Below are positions 27,208-37,007 of a stretch of DNA of 64,000 bases, one piece after another. The notes beneath the pieces were generated by a model. The model saw only the letters and a list, made by a program, of their open reading frames with translations. It searched no databases and was not told the origin of the DNA. A program made the position numbers and the translations under genes. The DNA lies in the NCBI GenBank assembly GCA_020630295.1, contig JAHDBR010000001.1:67620-131619 (forward strand), written 5' to 3'. The stretch comes from Sphingomonadaceae bacterium (lineage in GTDB: Bacteria > Pseudomonadota > Alphaproteobacteria > Sphingomonadales > Sphingomonadaceae). Every line of letters begins with the position of its first letter. Position 1 is the stretch's first letter.

Positions 27208-27903
27208 CTAACTGGCTTCTAAAGAGTATCCTGCAGACCGGACCGTGCGGATCGGGTCTTTCGCACCGTCGATCTCCAACGCCATTCGCAAACGGCGTAT
27301 ATGGACATCGACGGTTCGCAATTCGATATCACTTTCTGTTCCCCACACTGCATCCAATAGCTGGTTGCGGGAGAACACACGCCCGGGACTTTCCATAAAG
27401 AACTTCAGAAGACGATATTCAGTCGGCCCCATTTGTAGGGCTTCGCCTTGTCGTTCAACGCGGTGCGCTGCCGGATCTAGACGGATATCGCCTGCGACGA
27501 TCTCTTCTCCCGCGAGTGCCGGACGCACCCGGCGCATAACAGCAGCCACGCGGGCCAGCAGTTCACGCGGGGAGAACGGCTTGGTCAAATAGTCGTCAGC
27601 GCCAGTCTCGAGGCCGCGAATGCGGTCATCTTCTTCTCCGCGTGCTGTGAGCATGATAATCGGCACGTTGGCAGTTTCTTGCTGGCGGCGGAGGCGGCGG
27701 CATACTTCAATCCCGCTTGTCCCCTCGATCATCCAATCCAATATTACCAAATCCGGCACATCTTCTTGGGCCAGTATCAGGGCTTCATCCCCATCCGGTG
27801 TCGAGCGGACTTGATAGCCTTCATTCTCGAAACGGAATTCAAGCAATTCCGCCAGCGAAGGATCGTCTTCAACTAATAGTAATTTTGCAGAAGTCATGTT
27901 CAT
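27208..27903 (-). CDS. phoB: phosphate regulon response regulator
   Basis: 231 aa with REC plus winged-helix OmpR/PhoB domains. It is the last gene of the pst-phoU cluster. Confidence 0.9.
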   Translation of the reverse strand: MNMTSAKLLLVEDDPSLAELLEFRFENEGYQVRSTPDGDEALILAQEDVPDLVILDWMIEGTSGIEVCRRLRRQQETANVPIIMLTARGEEDDRIRGLETGADDYLTKPFSPRELLARVAAVMRRVRPALAGEEIVAGDIRLDPAAHRVERQGEALQMGPTEYRLLKFFMESPGRVFSRNQLLDAVWGTESDIELRTVDVHIRRLRMALEIDGAKDPIRTVRSAGYSLEAS

Positions 27904-27925
27904 TACCTTCTGAAATTACGGGAGA

Positions 27926-28594
27926 TTATACGTCCTCGTCGGGCGGATAAACTCCGGTCGCTGCAAAGTGCACCATCTCCGCGACGTTCGTGGCATGGTC
28001 ACCGATCCGTTCGATATTCCGGGCAACGAAAAGCAGCTGAGCGGCACTTGAAATGGTCGCGGGGTTTTCCACCATATAGCTGACAACATTACGGAAAATA
28101 CTGTTGTAGAAAGCGTCAACTTTCTCGTCACTGGCAATGACTTCCCGGGCCAGCACGGGATCGCGTGATGCATATGCTGTTAGCACATCATGAACCATTT
28201 CGCTCGCTGCTTCGCCCATGGCGCCCAGCAATGTAAGCGGTTCGAACTTCTTGCGGTCTTCGATATCCGAAACGCGTTTTGCGATATTTTTCGAATAATC
28301 TCCGATACGTTCGACAACACCGGCAATTTTCAAAGCGGCAATGACTTCACGCAAATCGTCTGCCATTGGGGCGCGTAGGGCGATAATCCGTACGGCAAGC
28401 TTGTCGACTTCGGATTCGAGCGCATCAATCTTTATGTCGCGCTTTATCACACCGGCGGCAAGATCATCGTCACCGCGGATCATTGCTTCCAGAGCTTCCT
28501 GAATCGAAAGCTCTGCCAGACCGCCCATCTCGGCGATCAGCCCTCTGAGGCGCGTAATGTCCTCATCGAATGCTTTGACTGTATGCTCGTTCAT
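27926..28594 (-). CDS. phoU: phosphate signalling complex protein PhoU
   Basis: 222 aa with duplicated PhoU repeats (ERIGD twice). It lies between pstB and phoB. Confidence 0.9.
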   Translation of the reverse strand: MNEHTVKAFDEDITRLRGLIAEMGGLAELSIQEALEAMIRGDDDLAAGVIKRDIKIDALESEVDKLAVRIIALRAPMADDLREVIAALKIAGVVERIGDYSKNIAKRVSDIEDRKKFEPLTLLGAMGEAASEMVHDVLTAYASRDPVLAREVIASDEKVDAFYNSIFRNVVSYMVENPATISSAAQLLFVARNIERIGDHATNVAEMVHFAATGVYPPDEDV

Positions 28595-29385
28595 TAGCCG
28601 TACCGTCCTGTGATATAATCCTGTGTGCGCTGCTCCAGAGGATTAGTGAATATGTCGGTAGTCCGTCCGTATTCTACCATCTTACCGAGGTGGAAGAAAG
28701 CGGTGCGCTGCGATACGCGGGCAGCCTGCTGCATGGAGTGCGTGACGATCACGATCGCATAGCGCCCGTTCAAGTCATCGATCAGTTCTTCGATCTTGGC
28801 GGTCGCAATGGGATCGAGCGCCGAACAAGGCTCGTCCATAAGTATAACTTCCGGATCGACGGCAATGGCGCGCGCGATGCACAGGCGCTGTTGTTGACCA
28901 CCGGAAAGGGCTGTGCCGCTATCGTTCAACCGGTCTTTCACCTCGTTCCACAAACCGGCGCGCTGCAGCGATTTCTCGACAATAGCGTCCAGCTCGTCCT
29001 TGCCTTCAGCGATGCCGTGGATTTTCGGACCGTAAGCGATGTTGTCATAGATGGATTTGGGGAACGGGTTCGGCTTCTGGAACACCATACCGACCCGGGC
29101 GCGCAGCTGCACCACATCAAGCTGCGGACTGTAAATATCTTCACCGTCCAAAGTGATGTTGCCTTCCACACGGGCGGACGGAATGGTGTCATTCATCCGG
29201 TTCATAGTGCGCAAAAAGGTCGATTTTCCGCACCCGGACGGGCCGATGAATGCAGTCACATATTCGGTCGGAATGTCGATCGAGACGTTGTCGATCGCCA
29301 TTTTATCGCCGTAATATACGGAGACATCCTTCGCTCTCATCTTGGCGTCGGTGTCTTCCAGATTGGGATGGATTACTGTCACCAC
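28594..29385 (-). CDS. pstB: phosphate ABC transporter ATP-binding protein
   Basis: 263 aa with Walker [10 protein letters not shown], signature LSGGQQQR and a PstB-type N-terminus. Confidence 0.95.
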   Translation of the reverse strand: MVTVIHPNLEDTDAKMRAKDVSVYYGDKMAIDNVSIDIPTEYVTAFIGPSGCGKSTFLRTMNRMNDTIPSARVEGNITLDGEDIYSPQLDVVQLRARVGMVFQKPNPFPKSIYDNIAYGPKIHGIAEGKDELDAIVEKSLQRAGLWNEVKDRLNDSGTALSGGQQQRLCIARAIAVDPEVILMDEPCSALDPIATAKIEELIDDLNGRYAIVIVTHSMQQAARVSQRTAFFHLGKMVEYGRTTDIFTNPLEQRTQDYITGRYG

Positions 29386-30638
29386 TTTTTCTCAAATTTG
29401 TTGCGAAGGTAAATTGCGAGGCCGTTCATCAGAAGGAGGAACAGCAATAGCACGATAATCGCGGCGGATGTACGCTCTACAAAACCGCGGTCAATTTCAT
29501 CGGACCAAAGGAAAATTTGCATCGGCAGTACCGTCGCCGGCGAAGTGAAGCCGTCGGGCGGAGTGGACACGAACAACCGCATACCGATCATAAGCAGCGG
29601 CGCAGTTTCGCCTAGTGCTCTTGCCATCCCGATGATTGTTCCGGTCAAGATGCCGGGCAGGGCCAGCGGCAACACGTGATGGAACACCACTTGAACCGGC
29701 GATGCGCCTACGGCGAGCGCGCCATCACGAATGGATGGCGGCACTGCCTTAATTGCATTCCGTCCGGCGATTACGATCACTGGCAAGGTCATTAAGGCCA
29801 GCGTCATACCGCCAATCACCGGAGTGGAGCGGAGGTTCGGAAACAGGAACAGGAACACGGCAAGGCCAAGCAATCCGAAGATGATGGATGGAACCGCAGC
29901 CAGATTGTTGATCGACAGCTCGATAAAGTCGGTCCAGCGGTTTTTCGGCGCGAATTCCTCAAGATAGAGTGCCGCCATGACGCCAATAGGAAACGCTAGC
30001 AAAAGTGTAACTAGCATCGTCAGCATAGAACCTTTGAGTGCGCCCCAGATACCCACCGCCTGCGGATCAGTCGCATCTGCACGGCTCAGGAAGCCAGTGT
30101 CGAAGTTCTTGCTGAGCTTGCCAGTCTCGGTCAGGTCGGCCGCCAGTGCCACAAGTTCTGGGTCGCCTTCTCCGTCATACCCTGCTGCCAGATCAGCCGT
30201 GGCGGGGAGCCAGAAAACTTTTTCCTGCCGAAGCAGACTGGGATCATCGATAATCTGCGCAGCGATTTCACGCCAAGCAGTTGCACTTATCTGTGCTGCG
30301 CCTTCTTTGCCCAATGCTTCTTCAGCGTAAAAATCGACGACCGAAGGTAAGCCCTGCATTTCCAGACTTTGGACCGCACGTGGCTGAGACAGGGTAGATT
30401 CGTCGCCGCTAAGGCCAGCATCGGCAAGGTTCATTGGAACCGCCAGTTCAGCCCGCTGGAAACCGCCGATGCCATTGATCGTCATGTTGCCAAGCAGGAA
30501 TATCAGGACAAAGACCGAAAAGATTACGGCGGCCATGCCTGCATATTTAAAACGACGTTCGGCAGCGTAACGCTTCTTCAAACGCGCTTCAAAGGCTGGG
30601 GACCGTGTGGGGAGCACTGAGTCACTCATAGGCTTCAC
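29379..30638 (-). CDS. pstA: phosphate ABC transporter permease PstA
   Basis: 419 aa permease, second of the two, overlapping both pstC and pstB. Confidence 0.9.
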   Translation of the reverse strand: MKPMSDSVLPTRSPAFEARLKKRYAAERRFKYAGMAAVIFSVFVLIFLLGNMTINGIGGFQRAELAVPMNLADAGLSGDESTLSQPRAVQSLEMQGLPSVVDFYAEEALGKEGAAQISATAWREIAAQIIDDPSLLRQEKVFWLPATADLAAGYDGEGDPELVALAADLTETGKLSKNFDTGFLSRADATDPQAVGIWGALKGSMLTMLVTLLLAFPIGVMAALYLEEFAPKNRWTDFIELSINNLAAVPSIIFGLLGLAVFLFLFPNLRSTPVIGGMTLALMTLPVIVIAGRNAIKAVPPSIRDGALAVGASPVQVVFHHVLPLALPGILTGTIIGMARALGETAPLLMIGMRLFVSTPPDGFTSPATVLPMQIFLWSDEIDRGFVERTSAAIIVLLLFLLLMNGLAIYLRNKFEKKW

Positions 30639-32007
30639 GGAACCTCTTAACTACGCGCAAAGCCACAAAATTGAGAGCCAGCGTTACCATGAACAGGACA
30701 AAACCAAGTGCAAATGCACTTAGTGTAGCCGGATGATCGAAACTGCCTTCCCCTGTTAGCATGGTAACAATCTGGAAGGTAACAGTCGTCATCGCTTCCA
30801 GCGGATTGGCTGAAAGATTGGCAGCGGCACCAGCGGCCATAACCACAATCATTGTCTCGCCAATGGCGCGGCTGATCGCGAGCATGATCCCGGCAACAAT
30901 GCCCGGCAGGGCCGCAGGTACCAAAACCCGCTTGATCGTTTCCGAAGTGGTCGCACCCATCGCCAGACTGCCGTCACGCATTGCCTGCGGGACGGCGGCA
31001 ATCGAATCATCGGCCATCGAGCTGACAAAGGGAATAATCATCACACCCATAACCAAACCGGCGGCCAGCGCGCTTTCGCTGGATGCGCCCGTAATTCCGA
31101 TCGCAACAGCGATGTCGCGGATGAACGGTGCGACGGTGAGAGCCGCGAAATAGCCATAAACAACTGTGGGAACACCGGCCAGAATTTCGAGTGCGGGTTT
31201 GAGCCAGCTGCGCACTGTCGGGTTGGCATATTGGGTCAGATAGATTGCGCTCATCAGACCAAGCGGAATGGCCACGATCATTGCGATGATGGCTCCGATG
31301 TAGATTGTGCCCCAAAACAGCGGGAGCGCGCCAAAACGCGACGGGTCCGGATTTTCCGGATTACTCATCGGATCGGGCCCCCAATGGGTTCCGAACAGGA
31401 AATCGAACGGGTTCACCATGCCGAAGAACCTGACGGTTTCGAACACCAGACTCACCACAATGCCCAGAGTGGTCAGAATGGCCACCATGGAAGCGATCAG
31501 CAACGATGCCATCACAATCCGTTCGACCCGCGTGCGCGCCCTGAAATCAGGTTTCAGCTTGAGGAACGACCAAGCTCCGCCCAGAAAGGCAATTACCAAG
31601 GTACCCAAAACGCCCAGAAGGCCAAACCGGGAGATCGCGTCGCGGTATGGATCCACCAACCCTTTGGCTTGGTCATTGAATACCGCAGGCGCGCTTCCTT
31701 CGGCCACGGCCTTTGCTTCGCGCAAAAGCGCGTCACGCTGGAATCCAAACTCCGGCAAATTTGATGCTGCTGGCGAAGATAATACCGATTGCTCGACCAG
31801 AATGGGCGACAAGGAAGACCAGATCGCGATGAAAAGCATCGCCGGCAAAACAATCCACAGCGCAACGTACCAGCCGTGATATGTTGGCAGCGCAGCCAAT
31901 CGGCCACTAGCCGCTTCCCGGCGGAACGCCCAAGCGCGCGCACGTGCAGCGAGCCAACCGGCAAGTCCAAGGCCGATTGCAAGCAAGAGAAGAATTGCGG
32001 GCGACAT
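30622..32007 (-). CDS. pstC: phosphate ABC transporter permease PstC (long form)
   Basis: 461 aa permease, first gene after the Pho box. Confidence 0.9.
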   Translation of the reverse strand: MSPAILLLLAIGLGLAGWLAARARAWAFRREAASGRLAALPTYHGWYVALWIVLPAMLFIAIWSSLSPILVEQSVLSSPAASNLPEFGFQRDALLREAKAVAEGSAPAVFNDQAKGLVDPYRDAISRFGLLGVLGTLVIAFLGGAWSFLKLKPDFRARTRVERIVMASLLIASMVAILTTLGIVVSLVFETVRFFGMVNPFDFLFGTHWGPDPMSNPENPDPSRFGALPLFWGTIYIGAIIAMIVAIPLGLMSAIYLTQYANPTVRSWLKPALEILAGVPTVVYGYFAALTVAPFIRDIAVAIGITGASSESALAAGLVMGVMIIPFVSSMADDSIAAVPQAMRDGSLAMGATTSETIKRVLVPAALPGIVAGIMLAISRAIGETMIVVMAAGAAANLSANPLEAMTTVTFQIVTMLTGEGSFDHPATLSAFALGFVLFMVTLALNFVALRVVKRFREAYE

Positions 32008-32125
32008 CCCTAAGCTTTTCCCAATTCCGTTTTCATAATTGCGCGGTTTTGCGGTCGGTCAGGCAGGGAAAAAAGAGTGCGCAAATATCCCGCTTGATTC
32101 GGTAACGCCGCGTTGCTGCACCAAC

Positions 32126-32143
32126 ATGACAAAGAGATGACAT
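32126..32143 (-). promoter_or_regulatory. Pho box (PhoB binding site) upstream of pstC
   Basis: Minus strand reads ATGTCATctctTTGTCAT: two TGTCAT repeats 11 bp apart, about 120 nt upstream of the pstC ATG. Confidence 0.55.
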
Positions 32144-32152
32144 TGAGCCGCC

Positions 32153-33331
32153 TTATGCTTCTAGAGCCGGAATCCGGACCGTGAAAATGGTCCCTTGGCC
32201 TTGCTCGCTCGAAATGTCGAGCCGTCCGCGGTGACGTTCAACAATATGTTTAACAATAGCCAAACCGAGGCCCGTACCGCCTGACGCGCGGCTGCGCCCG
32301 GGATCGGTCCGGTAAAACCTGCGGGTCAAATGGGGTAGATGCTCGGGAGCAATGCCTTCTCCTCGGTCCGTGACACTTAATGTGGCTTCCAGAGCATCGT
32401 TGAGGCTGAGCGCTACAGTCACATCACTACCAGAATCCCCATACTTCAGCGCGTTGTCTACAAGGTTGCGGACCAACTGCTCTAACTGTCGCTCGTCTCC
32501 GTTGATGTAAACGCTGCCGTTTATGTCAAACTGGAGCCGCGCTTCCCGGTCGATTCCGGCTACTTCCTTAGCGGCCCGGCGCACCAGCTTGCCGAAGTCA
32601 GTTTTTTGTTCGGGCTGCTCGTGTTTTTCAGCTTCAATCCGGGATAGCGACATCAGATCGCTCACCAGACTTTGAAGCCGGTTCGCTTCGGAAAGAATAG
32701 TATCGAGAAAACGCTTTCTTTTCTCAGGAGGGACAGAAGGCCCGCTCTCGCTCAGAGTTTCGACATAGCCAATGATAGAGGCGAGGGGGGTCCGCAATTC
32801 ATGGCTGGCATTTGCAACAAAATCAGTGTGAGCGTGGCGTATATCAGCCTCGGAGGTCTGGTTCAGCATCTCGATCACAGACATTTGCTGGTTGAGAACT
32901 TGCCGGTTAATCCGCCACAGATCCCGCCTGCGCACCAGACCGCGTATTTGCGTAAAGCCGCTCTTCTTCTTGTCCATCAGCTTAATCGCTGCCGGATGCC
33001 GCAATGCCATTCGGAGGTCCTGCCCGATCAAATGTTTTCCCAGAAGCCTTCTTGCGGCGCGGTTCGCCACAGTCACGCGGCTGTGCTCTATAACCAAAAT
33101 GGGTGAGCCCGAATATTCGACCAATTCGCCCATGCGTTCGCTGGTAAAGCTGGTTTCCTGTAAAGGCTGAGGCGCTGCATCGGGTTGTGCAACAATCAAC
33201 CAGATCGATCCCAGCCACACCAGGGAAACGGCGAGTACCAGCCATAGACTAAGCCCGCCCGCCAAGAGTGCTACGCAAGCCGTAATGCACAGAATGATGC
33301 TGGGCCAAGGAAGGGAGGGGCGTTTGTCCAT
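32153..33331 (-). CDS. phoR: phosphate regulon sensor histidine kinase
   Basis: 392 aa. N-terminal TM hairpin, PAS-like region, H-box NASHELRTPL and HATPase (GTGLGLAIV). Confidence 0.85.
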   Translation of the reverse strand: MDKRPSLPWPSIILCITACVALLAGGLSLWLVLAVSLVWLGSIWLIVAQPDAAPQPLQETSFTSERMGELVEYSGSPILVIEHSRVTVANRAARRLLGKHLIGQDLRMALRHPAAIKLMDKKKSGFTQIRGLVRRRDLWRINRQVLNQQMSVIEMLNQTSEADIRHAHTDFVANASHELRTPLASIIGYVETLSESGPSVPPEKRKRFLDTILSEANRLQSLVSDLMSLSRIEAEKHEQPEQKTDFGKLVRRAAKEVAGIDREARLQFDINGSVYINGDERQLEQLVRNLVDNALKYGDSGSDVTVALSLNDALEATLSVTDRGEGIAPEHLPHLTRRFYRTDPGRSRASGGTGLGLAIVKHIVERHRGRLDISSEQGQGTIFTVRIPALEA

Positions 33332-33424
33332 CGCCGAAAAGCATTAGCTGCGGACCGCAGTAGATGCCAGCGGTTCGGCACGGAAAACGAATGTTTTCCC
33401 AAAGCTGTGAAATGATGTGGGTTG

Positions 33425-33499
33425 TGGTGACCCCTACGGGAATCGAACCCGTGTTTCAGCCGTGAAAGGGCCGCGTCCTAACCGCTAGACGAAGGGGCC
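33425..33499 (-). tRNA. tRNA-Glu (anticodon UUC), copy 1
   Basis: Reverse complement GGCCCCTTCGTCTAGCGGTTAGGACGCGGCCCTTTCACGGCTGAAACACGGGTTCGATTCCCGTAGGGGTCACCA. Anticodon loop CTTTCAC. Confidence 0.9.
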
Positions 33500-33552
33500 A
33501 TCAATTCGTCAGCCGATCAAAAAGCGGGCTGCAGAATAGAAGACGCCATCGA

Positions 33553-33627
33553 TGGTGACCCCTACGGGAATCGAACCCGTGTTTCAGCCGTGAAAGGGCC
33601 GCGTCCTAACCGCTAGACGAAGGGGCC
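33553..33627 (-). tRNA. tRNA-Glu (anticodon UUC), copy 2, identical to copy 1
   Basis: The same 75-nt sequence occurs 128 bp upstream of copy 1. Confidence 0.9.
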
Positions 33628-33647
33628 ATACCGATGGCGTGGCGGCG

Positions 33648-33676
33648 CAATTAGGGGCGCGGCGCGCTTGCGTCAA
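33648..33676 (-). promoter_or_regulatory. candidate sigma-70 promoter of the tRNA-Glu tandem
   Basis: Minus strand reads TTGACG-N17-TAATTG followed by a GC-rich discriminator. The predicted start lies about 14 nt before the mature tRNA 5' end. Confidence 0.45.
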
Positions 33677-33718
33677 GCCTAGCATCGTCATTGCGCGCCG
33701 TTTCACGCAAAAAAGCGC

Positions 33719-35524
33719 CTAATCAGCCCAAGCGGCATCCTCAAGATGAAGCTCAGCAGCGGGGCGGCTTCCCCAGTCATCAATCTTTGCCCGGCCAGCG
33801 AGCCACAATTTTCTGCCCTTTGCCGCATGAAGGATGGCTTGCCCCATCTCGGTTTCGGCCGCGCGGAATGCGATCGCTTTGATCGATCCTCCATCGTTGC
33901 CGCCTACGATCAGGCGCAGATGGTCTGTACCGACGATGTCCGCCTTGATAATATGCACCGGACCAACGGCAACTTTCGGACCGGGCCAGCCAATCCCGTA
34001 CGGCCCGGCCTCTTCCAGCCGCTCTACCAGATCAGGCGTCAATCCTCTGGGGGCAACGGACACATCCAGCTTTAGTGTTTGCGATGATTGCGCTTTGGAA
34101 ACGGCATTCGCCAGCCGCTCGTCAATCCAATCGGCGAATGCGTCGAGCTTGTCCGCTGCGATGGTAAGCCCGGCGGCCATTGCGTGACCGCCGCCGGCAA
34201 CCAGTAAACCTTCTTCGCGTGCTGCAATGATCGCTGCGCCCAGATCGACCCCGCTGATCGAGCGGCCCGATCCTTTACCTTCGCCGGTTTCGTCATCAAT
34301 TGCGATGACAATCGCCGGTTTGCCGGTTTTCTCCTTGATCCGTCCGGCCACGATGCCGATCACGCCGGGATGCCAGCCTTTGGCCGATGTGATGACCACC
34401 GCCCGATTGTGCTGCTGCGCAATCTGCTCTTCAGCAGCCTCTTGTACAGCAGCCTCGATCGCCCGCCGGTCTTCATTAAGAGAGGAAAGCTGCGCCGATA
34501 TTTCCCGGGCTTCGTCGGGGTCCTCAGTTGTCAGTAGCCTGACACCCAGCGTGGATTCGCCCACGCGGCCCCCGGCATTGATACGGGGGCCCAGCGCAAA
34601 GCCTAAGTCGCTGCATACCGGCGCTCTTTTCAGGCGGCTCGCGTCTATCAGCGCTGCCATCCCGATATTGTCACGTTTTGACATGACCTTCAGGCCCTGT
34701 GCCACAAAGGCGCGGTTTAGCCCGTGTAGCGCAGCCACATCCGCCACGGTGCCAAGCGCGACAAGGTCAAGCAGCCCCATCAGATCGGGCTCTGCCTTGC
34801 CCTCGAAAAAGCCGCGATTGCGCAACGTGCGCACTAGCGCGATGGCGAGAAGGAATGCGACGCCAACGGCCGCAAGGTGGCCAAACGAAGCGGCTTCGTC
34901 GCTCTCATCAAGCCGGTTCGGATTGACCAATGCAGCCGCTTTGGGCAGCTCTGCAGCACATTTATGGTGATCCACCACAATGACATCGACGCCGGCATTG
35001 CGGGCCATGTCCAGCGCTTCGAATGCCATAGCGCCGCAGTCCACCGTTACAATCAGGCTTGATCCTTGCTCTGCAATGTTGACCAAAGCTTCCCCGCTAG
35101 GGCCGTAGCCTTCAAGTAGCCGGTCAGGGATGTAATAGCGTGCTTCGCAGCCCAGCATTTTCAATAGGCGGACAAGCAAGGCCGCACTGGTGGCGCCGTC
35201 AACATCATAATCGCCGTAAATAGTGACCGTTTCGTCCGTAAGAATTGCCTGAGCAATTCTCTCAGCTGCGCTATCCATATCCCTGAATTTTGATGGATCG
35301 GGAAGGAAACCGCGTAAGGTGGGCATGCGGTGCCGCTCCAGATCATCCGCGGCAACACCGCGGGACAACAGCAACTGGGTAACAATATCGGTACCCAGAT
35401 CCGCAGCACCGGAACCGTACCCATCATCAATTTCCATGTTCCCGCCGCGCCAGTGCCAGGCCTTGCCTGATAATGAGTGTGATACGCCAAAAACGGGTGC
35501 GAGTGTGCCTGATGTCATCAGCAC
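33719..35524 (-). CDS. recJ: single-stranded-DNA-specific exonuclease RecJ
   Basis: 601 aa with DHH motifs (IYGDYDVDG, VDHH) and DHHA1 (GGGHAMAAG). Confidence 0.95.
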   Translation of the reverse strand: MLMTSGTLAPVFGVSHSLSGKAWHWRGGNMEIDDGYGSGAADLGTDIVTQLLLSRGVAADDLERHRMPTLRGFLPDPSKFRDMDSAAERIAQAILTDETVTIYGDYDVDGATSAALLVRLLKMLGCEARYYIPDRLLEGYGPSGEALVNIAEQGSSLIVTVDCGAMAFEALDMARNAGVDVIVVDHHKCAAELPKAAALVNPNRLDESDEAASFGHLAAVGVAFLLAIALVRTLRNRGFFEGKAEPDLMGLLDLVALGTVADVAALHGLNRAFVAQGLKVMSKRDNIGMAALIDASRLKRAPVCSDLGFALGPRINAGGRVGESTLGVRLLTTEDPDEAREISAQLSSLNEDRRAIEAAVQEAAEEQIAQQHNRAVVITSAKGWHPGVIGIVAGRIKEKTGKPAIVIAIDDETGEGKGSGRSISGVDLGAAIIAAREEGLLVAGGGHAMAAGLTIAADKLDAFADWIDERLANAVSKAQSSQTLKLDVSVAPRGLTPDLVERLEEAGPYGIGWPGPKVAVGPVHIIKADIVGTDHLRLIVGGNDGGSIKAIAFRAAETEMGQAILHAAKGRKLWLAGRAKIDDWGSRPAAELHLEDAAWAD

Positions 35525-35597
35525 GGTTTATCGCATTGGGGCTCAGTTACCAAGGAAAGCTGATTGACAATCGACAGACAGAGACGATGCTGCCCTG

Positions 35598-36089
35598 ATG
35601 TCACCTTCTGAGCCACATTTATTGATAGTTTGGCACAGCCGTACAGGCGCAAGCGAGGCTTTGGCACAGGCGGCAGCAGATGGCGCTGGCGACCAATGTA
35701 TAATGCTGACTGCGGCGCAGACTAACGCAGAGCATTTCTTGGCTGCCGGTGCATATCTGTTCGTCTGTCCCGAAAACTTGGCGAGTATGTCGGGCGCGAT
35801 GAAGGAGATGTTTGACCGGAATTATTATCCGATCCTCGGTAAAATAGAGGGGCGCGCATATGCTACAGCTATTGCTGCGGGGTCAGACGGGACGGGCGCC
35901 CAGTCGCAAATTGACCGGATAGCTACCGGTTGGCGTTTAAAGCGCGTTGCCGAGCACTTGATCGTCAATTGTGATGCACAGACCGAAGCTGAAATTCTCG
36001 CGCCGAAAACAGTGACGGAAAAAGATTTGCGGGTTTGCCGTGATCTCGGCGCTGCAATGGCTGAAGGCTTGAAGCTGGGCGTTTTCTGA
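35598..36089 (+). CDS. flavodoxin-like fold protein
   Basis: 163 aa. N-terminal LLIVWHSRTGASE resembles the flavodoxin/NAD(P)H-quinone reductase FMN-binding loop. Confidence 0.6.
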   Translation: MSPSEPHLLIVWHSRTGASEALAQAAADGAGDQCIMLTAAQTNAEHFLAAGAYLFVCPENLASMSGAMKEMFDRNYYPILGKIEGRAYATAIAAGSDGTGAQSQIDRIATGWRLKRVAEHLIVNCDAQTEAEILAPKTVTEKDLRVCRDLGAAMAEGLKLGVF

Positions 36090-36221
36090 TTTGATGCATC
36101 CATTTCGGATCATTCGATTTTTCAAAGACTCGACGTTCACCCGAAACCTCGGCAATACCCGCTGGATAAGCAGGTCGCCAGGTCATTCGCGACACGCGCT
36201 GTAGACATATCAGGAGCTTGC

Positions 36222-36977
36222 GTGACGCCAAACAGACCGACAGGACTACACTTTCTTTTTTCTGCTGGCGCGACGCCGTCTGCCGGGGAATTTGTGAAGC
36301 TTACAGCCGAGGGTACGACTTTTCAGTCCAACGCGATCGCTCCCGATACGCACAGCTCTGTTGAAGATCGATCGCCTATTGTGGAACTGGTCAGGAGCGG
36401 TCTTACTTTCGACCTGTCGGGATTTGCACCTTCTTCATCGTCGGCCGGATGCCAACCGAAGCACTTCATCGGGGTGGATCGTGAGATAATTCGTGAAGGT
36501 TGCGAAGGCCTGTTGCTAAATCTGGGGCCGCATTTGCAAGGAGTGCATTCAAACCTTTTGGTGGTGCGGGAGATGTTGACGCTAAGCGCGGAAATTGCCG
36601 GAGTAATCCCCAAGTGCGTTGCTATGCAATGGCTCCCATCGGCGACTGCAATTTCAACGGAACGATTTGTCCATAATGTGACGCGATGGACCGATCATGG
36701 CGAATTCCCTGTTGATCCACTTATTGCGCTCCAGCTAAAGTCGATCGGCGGCACTCACAGTGAAGGGCTGACTTTGTTTACCGGTCAGGAACTTCGGATC
36801 GAACCCGAAGCTACGCTAGACCCGAATTCGGTGGTTCAAATCGGCAAAAGGTTGCTTGGCTATCTTGCGCTCCGCGGCCCGATTTCAAAAGCTGAGGAAG
36901 TAGCCGGACCAGACGGAAGTCCGATCCGGCTTGAACCTTCCAATAACGGGAAGTTCGTCCGCGCCTGGCGCTCCTGA
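36222..36977 (+). CDS. hypothetical protein (no recognised domain)
   Basis: 251-aa ORF with a GTG start 5 nt after CAGGAG and no TM segments. Confidence 0.5.
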   Translation: MTPNRPTGLHFLFSAGATPSAGEFVKLTAEGTTFQSNAIAPDTHSSVEDRSPIVELVRSGLTFDLSGFAPSSSSAGCQPKHFIGVDREIIREGCEGLLLNLGPHLQGVHSNLLVVREMLTLSAEIAGVIPKCVAMQWLPSATAISTERFVHNVTRWTDHGEFPVDPLIALQLKSIGGTHSEGLTLFTGQELRIEPEATLDPNSVVQIGKRLLGYLALRGPISKAEEVAGPDGSPIRLEPSNNGKFVRAWRS

Positions 36978-37007
36978 GATATCCCGTTTGCAGTATCCTG
37001 CCGTCGA

